Shown one piece after another: positions 13,228-26,624 of a stretch of 64,000 nucleotides of DNA; positions within the stretch are counted from its first letter, which is position 1, and every line of letters starts with the position of its first letter. Position numbers and translations under genes: made by a program. Source of the stretch: Elsinoe ampelina (taxonomy: Eukaryota); the NCBI GenBank assembly GCA_010093995.1, contig ML992505.1, positions 746,273-810,272 on the forward strand, read 5' to 3'. Under the pieces are notes generated by a model. It was not told the DNA's origin. It worked only from the letters and a program-made list of their open reading frames with translations, and ran no database searches.

Positions 13228-14181
13228 GTAATCTTCCTTAGGCATTCTCGTTTTTGTTTAGTGTTTAGAGTGCTAGGTCTATCTAGTCAGTTTACTTAGA
13301 ATAGGTTCTCGATCTAGTAATCTAGAATTACTTATAAGGTAAGGTACTCCTCTAGTTCCTATATTGCTTTACTATACTAATGTCCCTTCTAGTAAATAAG
13401 ATAGTAGCATTTTCCTTTTATAAGTTTATAACGTAAAACCCTTTCTATCTTATACCGTGGCTCCTATGTTTCTTCCTCTAGTTCGATAAGTCTAGGTATA
13501 GTATTCTATAGTACTTTCTCTAGTAGTAATATATAAAAGACTAGATAAATCCTTATATGTCTTAGTAGTTCTAGTTTGTATATGTTCTTGTTTTTCTTTT
13601 CTAGGATCTTAAAGGGTCCTAGTTTAGTATAGTTAAGTTTCTTACTTAGTTGTTTTATTTTAATGTTTTTACTAAGGAGGTAAACTTTCTCCCCCTTCTA
13701 TAGAATTAGTCCTGTAATTCTCTTCCGGTTAGTAAACTCTACTATTCTTTATAATATAAATGCTATATTATAGTATAGCTAGTCGTGTAGTTTCTTAATA
13801 TTAGCTACTAGTATATTAGCATCCTTAGATACTAGCTTAATTCTAAGTATGTTATAGTATAGATTTAAGTATATTCTATAGTTTACGTAGAATAGTAAAA
13901 TTCTATTTGCTAACTTTCTATTATTAATAGCAAGCTCTATAAGTAGTAATAGCGTTACCTATAAGTCTTGCTTATAGTTTAGGTAGCATTATAGGTACTA
14001 CTCTAGTACTTAATTTGCCTATTTAGTTTATCTGTCCGTTTATAGGTAAAAGGAGATTAATAGCTTATATTTAACTCCTAGTAGGTCTATAAATAATTAC
14101 TAGAATTATAACGTAAATAGCTTATCCCTGTTAGTTATTAGGTCTTATAGTACTCTATATCGTAAAACAATTATTTAGAGG

Positions 14182-17100
14182 AAGGTAAAGGCTATATCCT
14201 CGGTAGTTACTATTATCTTATATAGGACAAAGTAGTAATACTTCGTAAACCTATCTACTAGGACTAGAATACTATTGTACTTTATACCTATAAGAGGTTC
14301 TTCTAATAGCGGTAGAGGTCCTATAAAGTCTATCGTAACTAATTACTATAGTTTGTCTAGTGGTAGTAAGAGTTATAGTAGGCTATATAGTCTATATCGA
14401 GAGTGCTTAGACTTATAGCATATATTATAGGCAACAATATACGTCTTAACATCGTTTCGGAGTTCTTTCTAAAGGTAGTTTTATATAATAAGTTTAATAG
14501 TCTTATTAATCCTACTATATCCCGCTATTAGGTTATTATAGTATATTTAAATAACTTCTTTCTTCCGTTCTTACGTAAGCTCCTAGGTAAGGCTATATAA
14601 CTACTCTACCTTCGGGTACTTATAGACTAGAGTGCCGTCCTACTACTTTAGTATAGAGGCCTCTATTATTGTTATGTTTTTTAAGTAATCCGGCCGGTAG
14701 CTAAGAGCGTCTACTCTGCTGTTCTCTAATTCCTTAACATAGTAGATTTAGAAGTTATAGCTTATAAGTGTTTCTAACTATCGAACCTGTTATCTATTAA
14801 GAACCTTAGTTATTATCTAATATAGAAGGTTCTTATAGTTAGTATAGACTTATATAGGTAAGGTTATCTCTTCTAGGTATACTCTCTATTTGTGGAACGC
14901 TTCTATAATCGCAAGTAATTCCTTATCGTATATATCGTAGTTAAGTTTAAGTCCGGTCATTTTTCGTAAGTAGTATACAATTAGGTAGCGTTATTCTTCT
15001 ATGTCCTTTTACACTAGATACGCTTCTATTACAAAGTCCGAGGCATTTGTTTCTAGTAGTGCTTATTAGTCTAGGTCGAAGAGTGCTAGGACAAGTGCTG
15101 TTATAAGTCTAAGCTTTAGCTTCTTAAAGGTCTACCTATACCTCTTGTTAAAGACAAAGCTAGTTTCCTTTTTCGTAAGGTTAGATATTAGCGTAGCTAC
15201 CTTAGAGAATCCTTTAACAAACTTATAGTAGTAGTTAAAGAACTCTAGTAGCGCTTAAACCTCCTTAACTGTCGTAGGTTCCGGCTAGTTATTTACTAAC
15301 TTAATCTTCTTCGAATTAGGTCTAATACTATTAGTAGATATAATATAGCCTAGAAATTGTATCTTGTATTTATAGAACTTATACTTAGAGAGTTTTACTA
15401 GTAGGTCTTTTTCTTTTAGTTTCTATAGTACTTTATAAATATATCCTATATGTTTATTATACATCTTTAAGAAGATAATAATATTATCTAAATATACTAA
15501 GATAAAATTGTTAAGGTATTCTTATAGAGTATTATTAATTAACTCTTAGAAGGTTATAGAAGTGTTAGTTAACCTAAAGGGCATAACGAGGTACTTGTAT
15601 AGACTCTATTACGTCCTAAAAGTCGTCTTTTACTTCTTACTCTCCTTTATTTATACTTAATAATAGGCGTCTCTAATATTAATTACAGTAAACTATTTAG
15701 CTCTAAGTAGTTAGTCTTAAAGTTTGTTAATCCTTAGTAGGGAATAGTAATTCTTCCTAGTAAGTGTATTAAGTTTCTAGTAATTAATGTATATTTATAA
15801 TGTTCTATTCTTTTTTAGTATAAAAAGCACTCCGTACGCAATAGGTAATTTTAATAGTTATATAAATCCTTTAAGTAAGTACTTGTCGATGTAGTTCTTA
15901 AGGATATTCTCCTCTTGTTTCGATAGTAGTATAAGACCTTAATAGTGTATTAGGGATTTACCTTCTTTAAAAGGTATTTTGTAATTCTATAGTTTATATT
16001 AGAGTAAGGCCGTAATGTCTTTCCTTTCTTTAAACAAGTCCTTAAAGTCTTTATATTCCGGCGGAAGTGCTTAATTACTTACGCTAGTAATAGCCCTAAC
16101 TATTAGTTATACCTATACTGTCCTTATAGTTAGTATCTATAGAGCTAATTATACTCTCTACGTTCTATAATTACACTTAGGGAATTTAAGTGTTTCTTTA
16201 ATCTAGTCCACGTCTAGATTATGTTATTAAAGCTAGTCTATACTAAGTACTATATCGTACTATATGTTAACTATATCGATTAATTGTTTTTCCGTGTGTG
16301 TTTTAATTTAGATTATAACGTTTTGTAGTTCCTAAGTAACTTTCCTATTCTTCTCTATAGGGGTTCTATCCGCTATAGTAAGTAGGTAAGGTAACTCCTT
16401 CTAGTATTAATAAGGTTTAAGCTAATTAGTAACTGTTATAGAGATGTAGCTATAGTTAGCTCCTAAATCTATTATTGCTCTTACCTTACTCTCTTATATT
16501 TCGACTTCTAGTATAAAGTAGTTTAATATATAGATCTTTATTATATTAAGGCTTTAGCTAGTGTTATTATCTTACCTTATTAGGTAACAACTAGCTAGTT
16601 TTTTGTCATTATAGCTCCTTAGATAAGTAGCTAATCCCTTCCTATATGTATTTACTATTAGTACTATATCTATTAGGCAAGTTATGTTTTGTCGCTATTT
16701 AACATAGTAAGGTAAACTTCTAGCGCCTAAGTCCCTTAGTGACTATAAAGTCCAANNNNNNNNNNAAGGTAAAGGCTATATCCTCGGTAGTTACTATTAT
16801 CTTATATAGGACAAAGTAGTAATACTTCGTAAACCTATCTACTAGGACTAGAATACTATTGTACTTTATACCTATAAGAGGTTCTTCTAATAGCGGTAGA
16901 GGTCCTATAAAGTCTATCGTAACTAATTACTATAGTTTGTCTAGTGGTAGTAAGAGTTATAGTAGGCTATATAGTCTATATCGAGAGTGCTTAGACTTAT
17001 AGCATATATTATAGGCAACAATATACGTCTTAACATCGTTTCGGAGTTCTTTCTAAAGGTAGTTTTATATAATAAGTTTAATAGTCTTATTAATCCTACT

Positions 17101-19339
17101 ATATCCCGCTATTAGGTTATTATAGTATATTTAAATAACTTCTTTCTTCCGTTCTTACGTAAGCTCCTAGGTAAGGCTATATAACTACTCTACCTTCGGG
17201 TACTTATAGACTAGAGTGCCGTCCTACTACTTTAGTATAGAGGCCTCTATTATTGTTATGTTTTTTAAGTAATCCGGCCGGTAGCTAAGAGCGTCTACTC
17301 TGCTGTTCTCTAATTCCTTAACATAGTAGATTTAGAAGTTATAGCTTATAAGTGTTTCTAACTATCGAACCTGTTATCTATTAAGAACCTTAGTTATTAT
17401 CTAATATAGAAGGTTCTTATAGTTAGTATAGACTTATATAGGTAAGGTTATCTCTTCTAGGTATACTCTCTATTTGTGGAACGCTTCTATAATCGCAAGT
17501 AATTCCTTATCGTATATATCGTAGTTAAGTTTAAGTCCGGTCATTTTTCGTAAGTAGTATACAATTAGGTAGCGTTATTCTTCTATGTCCTTTTACACTA
17601 GATACGCTTCTATTACAAAGTCCGAGGCATTTGTTTCTAGTAGTGCTTATTAGTCTAGGTCGAAGAGTGCTAGGACAAGTGCTGTTATAAGTCTAAGCTT
17701 TAGCTTCTTAAAGGTCTACCTATACCTCTTGTTAAAGACAAAGCTAGTTTCCTTTTTCGTAAGGTTAGATATTAGCGTAGCTACCTTAGAGAATCCTTTA
17801 ACAAACTTATAGTAGTAGTTAAAGAACTCTAGTAGCGCTTAAACCTCCTTAACTGTCGTAGGTTCCGGCTAGTTATTTACTAACTTAATCTTCTTCGAAT
17901 TAGGTCTAATACTATTAGTAGATATAATATAGCCTAGAAATTGTATCTTGTATTTATAGAACTTATACTTAGAGAGTTTTACTAGTAGGTCTTTTTCTTT
18001 TAGTTTCTATAGTACTTTATAAATATATCCTATGTGTTTATTATACATCTTTAAGAAGATAATAATATTATCTAAATATACTAAGATAAAATTGTTAAGG
18101 TATTCTTATAGAGTATTATTAATTAACTCTTAGAAGGTTATAGAAGTGTTAGTTAACCTAAAGGGCATAACGAGGTACTTGTATAGACTCTATTACGTCC
18201 TAAAAGTCGTCTTTTACTTCTTACTCTCCTTTATTTATACTTAATAATAGGCGTCTCTAATATTAATTACAGTAAACTATTTAGCTCTAAGTAGTTAGTC
18301 TTAAAGTTTGTTAATCCTTAGTAGGGAATAGTAATTCTTCCTAGTAAGTGTATTAAGTTTCTAGTAATTAATGTATATTTATAATGTTCTATTCTTTTTT
18401 AGTATAAAAAGCACTCCGTACGCAATAGGTAATTTTAATAGTTATATAAATCCTTTAAGTAAGTACTTGTCGATGTAGTTCTTAAGGATATTCTCCTCTT
18501 GTTTCGATAGTAGTATAAGACCTTAATAGTGTATTAGGGATTTACCTTCTTTAAAAGGTATTTTGTAATTCTATAGTTTATATTAGAGTAAGGCCGTAAT
18601 GTCTTTCCTTTCTTTAAACAAGTCCTTAAAGTCTTTATATTCCGGCGGAAGTGCTTAATTACTTACGCTAGTAATAGCCCTAACTATTAGTTATACCTAT
18701 ACTGTCCTTATAGTTAGTATCTATAGAGCTAATTATACTCTCTACGTTCTATAATTACACTTAGGGAATTTAAGTGTTTCTTTAATCTAGTCCACGTCTA
18801 GATTATGTTATTAAAGCTAGTCTATACTAAGTACTATATCGTACTATATGTTAACTATATCGATTAATTGTTTTTCCGTGTGTGTTTTAATTTAGATTAT
18901 AACGTTTTGTAGTTCCTAAGTAACTTTCCTATTCTTCTCTATAGGGGTTCTATCCGCTATAGTAAGTAGGTAAGGTAACTCCTTCTAGTATTAATAAGGT
19001 TTAAGCTAATTAGTAACTGTTATAGAGATGTAGCTATAGTTAGCTCCTAAATCTATTATTGCTCTTACCTTACTCTCTTATATTTCGACTTCTAGTATAA
19101 AGTAGTTTAATATATAGATCTTTATTATATTAAGGCTTTAGCTAGTGTTATTATCTTACCTTATTAGGTAACAACTAGCTAGTTTTTTGTCATTATAGCT
19201 CCTTAGATAAGTAGCTAATCCCTTCCTATATGTATTTACTATTAGTACTATATCTATTAGGCAAGTTATGTTTTGTCGCTATTTAACATAGTAAGGTAAA
19301 CTTCTAGCGCCTAAGTCCCTTAGTGACTATAAAGTCCAA
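14182..19339. repeat. Near-identical 2574 bp direct duplication (14182-16755 / 16766-19339) around a 10-N gap; probable unmerged contig overlap
   Basis: The halves are essentially identical (one A/G difference noticed), unlike the RIP-diverged C copies, and the junction is exactly the N run at 16756-16765. Confidence 0.85.
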
Positions 19340-21280
19340 TAATTCTCTACTAGTTGCACTAAGTAGTATTATACACCCGTATAGGTATAACTATTCCTTC
19401 TAGGTATAGCTAGGCGTTAGTATTAAAGACAAAAACAAGTTATATAGATTTGTCTTATTACGTCCTATTCTAGTAGTAGGTATATATTATTATATAATTC
19501 CTCTATATCCCTATAAGGTATACTTTAAGTTGTCCGCCCGATAGTAGTACGTCGTTATCGTCGTTGTTAAATAAGTTCTTATCTATGTTATTACATCGTA
19601 GTTATTCGGTGTATTCTTCGTTATATTCCTCTTTGTCGCTACTATCTCTAGTATAGTTATAGTTAGTAAGGCTACACTAAGTATATTCTTTTACTTAGCT
19701 ATAGGGAATAGTACTACCTATCTCGATTACTAAGAAGTCTATAGTATATTTAAGACTAATAGCGTCTTCTCTAAGCATATTGTATAAGTAGATAGTATAG
19801 TACTATTTATAATCTAGATTTATACATTTCTAGAGCGATATATAATACGCCTTTCCTTGTAGTTTGCTATAAGAGCTAAAGGTAAGGCTACTATATTGTT
19901 ACGTAGCACTTACGTTCTAATACTTTATCTCGATAATCGTATATTAGTAATTATCGCTAACTACCTTCTAAGGTTAGTTAATGTTACTACTAATTATAGA
20001 GAGCCTTTCTAGGTTAAGCCCCTAGTTTAGCTATTTTATTAGTTACCTACGCTTAGATAGCTTATATAGGAACTAACTAGATCCCTACTTATCTAATAAG
20101 TAAATATAATAAGAGTTATTATAATATGCTATCTATAATAGCGTTACGTTTTAGCTTTGTCATTTACTATTAGTCGTAGAGATATTAAGTATAATATCTA
20201 GAGAGGATTCTATTACCTCTTAAGTTGTTATAGACCTCTTCTATGTTTCCTTACCTACGCTAAAGGTCGTTAGGTCTTCTATAGTAGTGTCGGCCTTTTT
20301 TTCTACTAGCCCGGTAACTATTATATATAATCTATCGGCTAGCGCCCCTTGTCGGTAGTCTCTAGCCCGATACCTAGGTCTTTTACACTTAAAATATAGA
20401 TTATCTTGTCTGTACTTCTCTCTCTCTTTTCTACTAAGGAACTTTCCTCTATAACTATAGCCTCGTACCTATAAGAAGTAGCCTTCGTATATAGCATTAA
20501 GTTCTATAGAGTCTCTATAGTTTCGAGAGAAACGCGTATATCTAGTGTTTGCCTTATATCCCCTATAACGTTCTATACGTCGTTTGTAAAGTCTATTATC
20601 AATAGCAATTATAGTGTCTACTAGTTCCTAAAGGCTATTAGGTAGCTTAGGTATTATTTAGTCTTTGACTAAGTCGCTTAGTCCTTAATAGAATACTAAG
20701 TGTTTAGTACTATTATCCTAGTCTAGGTGCATTACGAGTTATTAGAACTAGGAATAGTACTAGGCTATAGACCTACGTTGTTATAATTATTAGATCTTCG
20801 TCGCGGCGATACATTTCTTATTAGATACGTTAAAGACTTACTTAATCTTTGCCTAGAAGATGCTAAAGCTCTTAAAGATAGCCTTTATATCTAGGCCTAG
20901 TTATCTATCTAGGTAGCTACTTATATAAGGCTCGAACTACTCGAAGGCGGCGCCCTTAAGGTGTATCCTAGCATAGAGAACCTTTGCTGCGTTGTTACTA
21001 TACTTGTCTCTCTCTAGAGCGAAGAAGGCTTTAAGTTAAATAAGAAAGCGCCTTAAGTAGGCGTAGTCCCCGTAGAAGAGTTCTACCTCTAACTTAGGCC
21101 TACTTTGTCCTTTTATACTAAAAGACCTTCTATATTCGCCCGAGGTTAAACTAGTAGTAGACATGTCGTTAATAGTAAGCTTTCCTAGCTTACTAGCGAT
21201 CGAAGATACTAATAGTAACTTAGAGCAAGAGTTACTTATTAACCTCGTAGTATGCTATACTATAGCAAGGGTAGTTAAAA

Positions 21281-21743
21281 TGTTATAAACTGTCTAAATA
21301 TAGCCTACGCTAGTAGTCTAAGCTAAGCTAGGAACGAGGTAGTTCTACTTCTATAGTAGTATAGCACTAAGGTAAGAGTTAGAGAAGGTATGTCTTATAG
21401 ATAATAAAGTACAATTAGATAGTATTATAAAGGCTAGCCTTAGTAATACTAGTGTTTACTATCTAGACAAGGTTAACTATAGTACTTATATAAGGTAAGG
21501 ACTATTCCTATATATATGTGTTCTCTATTACGTTCTCTATATACTCTATGTGCTTTATAGCGAGAGTTAGAGGCAATATAGAGTATACGTCCGCTAGTAA
21601 CCTACGTGCTCTATAGTTTTAAGGGTAGAGCCGCTAGAGAAGATAGAGAACTAGGTAAACGTCGGGCTAGGTTATGTAATAATCTCGGTAGCTTAATTAG
21701 TCCTAACGTCCCTACATTCTAGCTGTCCTACTAGTTCGTAACA
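21281..21743 (-). repeat. 5' LTR of element C copy 2 (463 bp)
   Basis: tgttataaac...ttcgtaaca; homologous to 5028-5490. Confidence 0.92.
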
Positions 21744-23137
21744 GCGACCTGGATTTAGTTCGTTAATAATACGCTAATCTAGCACTTTATGTAGTAATAG
21801 CGTCTAGCATAGATTAAGGTCTTCCTTCGAGCGTAATATGTCTCTATTTCTCCTTATAAGAGTATTAGCCTTACTATTAGTAGCGCTAGGCCTATATATA
21901 ATCTTAAAGTTAAACTACGCGAGGTAGAGGGCCTAGCGTACTTAGTAGCGCAATAGCTTCTAAGTCTTTATAAAGTGTATTAGGGATTAGTAGTTAGTAA
22001 GGACGTAGATAGTCTTATTAGATTAAGTACTTATAAGCTTAGAGGCCTATTCCTTAAAGGCTTAGACAATTACTAATAGCTCCTTATTATAGATTATATA
22101 GTTACGTTTAGCTTCGCTTATAGATTTACTAAAGAAGGTAATAGGCTAGAGAACGTTAGAATTGTTATATTATAATAGAATTCTAGCGGTAGTAGTATTA
22201 GAGACGTTAGTCTCGATAACTACTTACTTCGAGCAATCGAAGTACACTAAGATAGAGGCACTTATAATAGTATACTTTATATAGTTAAACGCGGTAGTAT
22301 ACTTATTATTCTATAGCGTAGTATTCTTTTTAAGTAGGTCGTTTAATAGCTTAGCGATAGTACTAAATCTCTTAATAAAGTAGCAATAGTAGCTATAGAA
22401 ACTAATAAAGCTTCTTACCTAAGTAGTGTTACTAGAGGCTAGTTATTTCTAGGCTTATATAGCTTCGACCTTCTTTAGATCTATCTTAACTCTATCTCGA
22501 CTAATAATAATACTAAGATACTTTACTTCTATTAGGTAGAACTTACTCTTCTTAATGTTAGCGTTTAGGCCTAAATTATAGAGACGTTAGAGTACTAGCT
22601 TAATATACTTAGCGTAGTTAGTTATAAATAAAATAGTATAAAACATTAATACGTAATAAAGGGAATATTAAAATTTTTAGCCGGTAGCCTACTTCCTTTA
22701 AGAGTCGTCTATAACTCGACTTATTATCTTCTTCTTATATCTTTAGGGTTTATAGTATTAACCTACGTAGTAGTAGCGAGGATCTATTATAGTATACATA
22801 GGAACTATAGTTGTAATAGCTTCTTCTTCGATTCTTTATAAGTAGTAGTTGTTAGTAGTTACGTAAGTAGTAGAATAACTAGATAATTTAATAGCTCTAT
22901 TACTTAGTTACGGTCGTTTAAAGTCTCGATATAGTAATTACAACTAGTAAGATAAGAGAGTTAATTACGTCTATTCGTTAAGATATTAAGACTTAGAAAA
23001 AGAAGAAGAAAACTAGTATATAAAGCATATATAATATCGAGAGTAGAGCGACTAGAAGCCCGGGCTATAATACCGAGATTACGTGACTAATCCGAACTAT
23101 ATCTTAACCAAATTTAGTTTATATTTATCTTATATTA
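21744..23137 (-). mobile_element. Element B 5' part (RNase H, RT C-terminus, internal deletion, 5' LTR ending at 23137)
   Basis: After reversing RIP: TDHQSL..RQVRWALYLAQFNFKIVYRPG..N.KADALTR ~21860-22000 and HVKLVLQRL...KYLG..I...GVKMDPKKVEAI ~22460-22615. No gag/PR/YLDD recognised. LTR segment 22974-23137 matches 3359-3522. Confidence 0.8.
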
Positions 23138-23700
23138 CAAGTTAGCTTATAATAAGTATATAGTATAGAGGAGATATAGATAGGCGCCTATTAGTAAGAA
23201 GTATATAAATATCTAGCTAAAGTAGCATAGTAAGAGGTAGAGTATATTACTAGCTATTACTATTAATAGCTATCTCTCTAGTACCTTAATCTACTATAGA
23301 TTAATTACTAGTAAGATCTTTATTAGCTAGCTAATAGATATAATAATACTAGAGCTTCTAGCTAGTATAATCTTTATTATAGATAATACTTTAATCTACT
23401 AGAGTAATAAGGTAAAGGAGCTAGTATAAGAGTATAGAAGTTACCTTAAATACCTACTACTCTATTCGCTAGATTTTAATTCTATTAAGTAATTCTTCTT
23501 AGTACTAAAGGCGTAGGTAAAGTAATACTATAATCTAGTCGCTAGGTACAAGAAATATACTAATTTCTTAGAGCTAGCTATTTACTTATATAGTAGACTA
23601 TACGCTAAGGTACACTTTAAGAGCTATAAATATAGTATAAGGTTATAGAGGATCTATTTAGTACGTAAGAAATTACTTATATTAAATAAGTTTAATACTA
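23138..23700 (+). mobile_element. Tc1/mariner (IS630-type DDE) transposase relic, 3' half
   Basis: After reversing RIP: RRYGWAPIG, RWSILPAITINGY, IMDNASIH, YLPPYSPDFNPIE. Interrupted on the left by element B. Confidence 0.8.
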
Positions 23701-26624
23701 AGACCTAGTAAAAACTCTTTACTACTACTATAACTACTCTATACTATATATATACTACTCTAAGTTAGATAAACTAAGTCTAGTTTAGTAGCTAAACTAG
23801 ATTAATATCTATCTCGGCCGCTAAGCTAGTTAAATTGTCTATTGCGCTATATAAATTAGTATCTATATTAGCTACTATAAACTAGATAAAAGTATCTATT
23901 TCGACTACTAAGATAGTAAGGTATCTAACTCGCTTAATTCGATCTAGCTTATATAACTATCTTAGAGTAATACTAGCGCTTAAAAGGGCTAATTTAGCTT
24001 TAAATCTAGTATAGAAGGCCTTTATTAAAGGCCTAGGTATCTCTCTACCTATTCGAGTATATACCTCTTACACTGTCGAGGTTATAATTCTCCTTCTTTA
24101 GCTTAAATTTAACCTAATCTAGCACCTAAATATCCCTTTTAAAGCTTCTCTTTCTCTTTATCTACTTAAAGAATTTAGTTAAAACTTTATAAGAGTTAGC
24201 CTTAGAGGTAATAGATAAGAATCTTAAGTCGTTTATAGGCCCTAAGCGCTACTATAGCTAGTAAGAAGTAATCGAGTTTATAATATTAATATAGTTAATA
24301 GGTGTTAGAGGGAGTATAAAAGGCACTAAAGATACTAAAGACATTAGTATTAGTAGTGTTAGTAGAGCGCTTTTAACACTCCTTAAGGCCTTTAAGTAAT
24401 TAAGGCTTAATATAAGACCTATAGAAGAATAATTAATAGTAGCTTTACTATTATAAATAGTAGTAGCCTAGGTATACTTATTCTCCGTTATAATCTAGTA
24501 GTGCTTACTAGTTAATATATACTAGTATAACCTCTTATAGTTATAGTAATTATAATTAGTACAAGTCTATACTAACTCTAATAGAGGCTTCTTATTACTA
24601 TTTACGCCCTTAAGCGCACTATGTAATTAGCTCGTCGCCGAGCCTTAACCTTATAATAGTAGCGCTAGCTATACTACCTATAAAGATAGTAGTATTATAC
24701 TAGCTACTAGAGTCTATACTATTCTTACTAGCGTCGATCTAAGGGAGAATTACTATAAAGGTAGTAGTAGTAGACCTATTAAAGAGCTTAGAACTAGTAT
24801 AGTTAAAGGTAGTTATATAACTCTTAAATTTACTATAGAGTTTATAGCTATTAGTACCTTCTTTATCTTAGTAGTAAGGCTAAGCCTAAGCTACTAGTAA
24901 TCCTTAGTAAGCTAATCTTTAAGCTTATTAACTAGCCTTTATATCTTAGCTAACTCTAATATTACTACTCTAAATAGCTACTATATACTAAGACACTTAT
25001 AGGTAGTAGTATAATTAAGTAAAAGTAGCTTAAGTATAGCTTAAGTAATAAAACTACTCTTCTCTACTATCTAATTAGCTAGTACTAACTATAATAGATT
25101 ATATAGCTAGCTAAATATATACTTGTTATAGTATAGAGTCTTACTTTTAAGCTTTACTACTAGCCTTACCTCTACTATCTAACTAAGATAAAGTATATTT
25201 AAGTCGCTAGAATTAGTCTCTAGTAACTCTAGCACTTATAACGACTATAGTACCTCTATTACCTATATATCTAGCTCTTTCTCTAGTGCTATATCCGACT
25301 TAATTAATTACCTTAGCTAGTCTAGTACAGGTGTTAAAAACCTTAATTAAAGAGATAGCTACTAAGATCTAGCTTATAAAGGTAGTATAACTTAGTTTAT
25401 AGCTTACTCTATAAGTCTCTAAAGAGCTAAGTTAGTAGATGTAACCTCTAGATAAGGTACTACCTACGCTAGCGCTAGTATATAGCTCTTTAGCTAGATA
25501 GTTAGACTATAACAAAGGTTATCTAGTACCTTCTCTAATAAGCTTAAGAAGTGTCTTAAAGAAGAAGAGACTAGTAGTAATAATAGAGAAGTAAAGAATA
25601 TTATAATTACCTCCTATACTGCCCTTAAAGGTTTCTTCGTATAGCTAGAGTAATAGTTAGTTATAGAAGAAGGACACTTATAAGCCATAATTTAGTAACG
25701 TTAGTATATACTAACTAGTCTATTACACCTTTTTTTAGCTTTAATTTTATTTAAATAGACAGCGTTGTTAAGCTATTCGACTCTATATTCTCTCTAGACC
25801 TCTAGCCAGCCAATTTTAGTGAGCAGAAGTCGGTGAAGAGTACCGCCAAGCCCGGGGTGGCTCGGTTGAACTCAAAACGACTGTATGTGCTTCGTTTCAG
25901 GCTCTTCATCCCAATCAATCTACCGACTCGGCCCGAAAATATCCTGTATCATCACATCTTCATCACATTCCCGCCTTGCAGGACATGAAAAAGCCATCTC
26001 ACGTGGTCCAACAGACCCCTCCTGTGTGCCATCTTGGCATTCTATACAGGATGGGATTATGCAGCCGTCAAGCCTCTGATCCGAGCATGGAACGACGACG
26101 TGAAGCCTCTGGACCGACCAATCATGAGTGTCGAGCGACCTTGAAACCATCTGTGGACCCAGCCCGAGGGCATCAAGATTGACGCATCGTAGTCCAGGTT
26201 GCCCAGCATCGTATTGCAGATTGCCATTCTTCAATCCAGCCCCTTGGCCATGCTTCATACCACTTCTGAAGCAAACTCGTCGTCTCTCCAGTACGCCACT
26301 AGAACGCTCGAGCCTGTATCGTACCAAATCGACACCCATGTTCGGATGCAGCCGATGAGATCTGTAGTCGATCCGGCGTCGTATCCTAGGATAGAATCAG
26401 CCACAGTCAAATCATGTATGGTTCATCACACTTGGACACGACTGGTAGATCGTTTTACCATTCCATGACTAGACAATCAAGATCGTCCTGTCCCTCGTCG
26501 ACATCCCAAGCTTCCACTTTCAATCTATACACATATCCTGCCCAGCCATCTCGGAAGGCAACATCCCCCAGCCAGCCACAACTGCCCAACCCAAACCATC
26601 ACAATCCACCCGATCTTGAGACCA

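Larger units (their letters stand above)
12202..21743 (-). mobile_element. Chromoviral Ty3/gypsy element C, copy 2 (contains a 2.57 kb duplicated overlap)
   Basis: Colinear with copy 1 with independent transitions. Partial LTR 12202-12604 followed by the PPT; second LTR at 21281-21743. Confidence 0.92.
1..25790. other. AT-rich, RIP-mutated transposon block
   Basis: TpA is in extreme excess and CpA/TpG are nearly absent. The ORF track has no ORF here. Paralogous repeat copies differ almost only by C/T and G/A. Composition returns to normal abruptly near 25,800. Confidence 0.95.

Noticed and set aside
14182..19339. Real tandem duplication of pol within element C
   Set aside because: The halves are nearly identical and joined exactly by a 10-N gap, so an unmerged overlap or haplotype artefact is more likely.
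25885..26468. Short ORFs at the RIP boundary
   Set aside because: Several overlapping frames, none with recognisable features.
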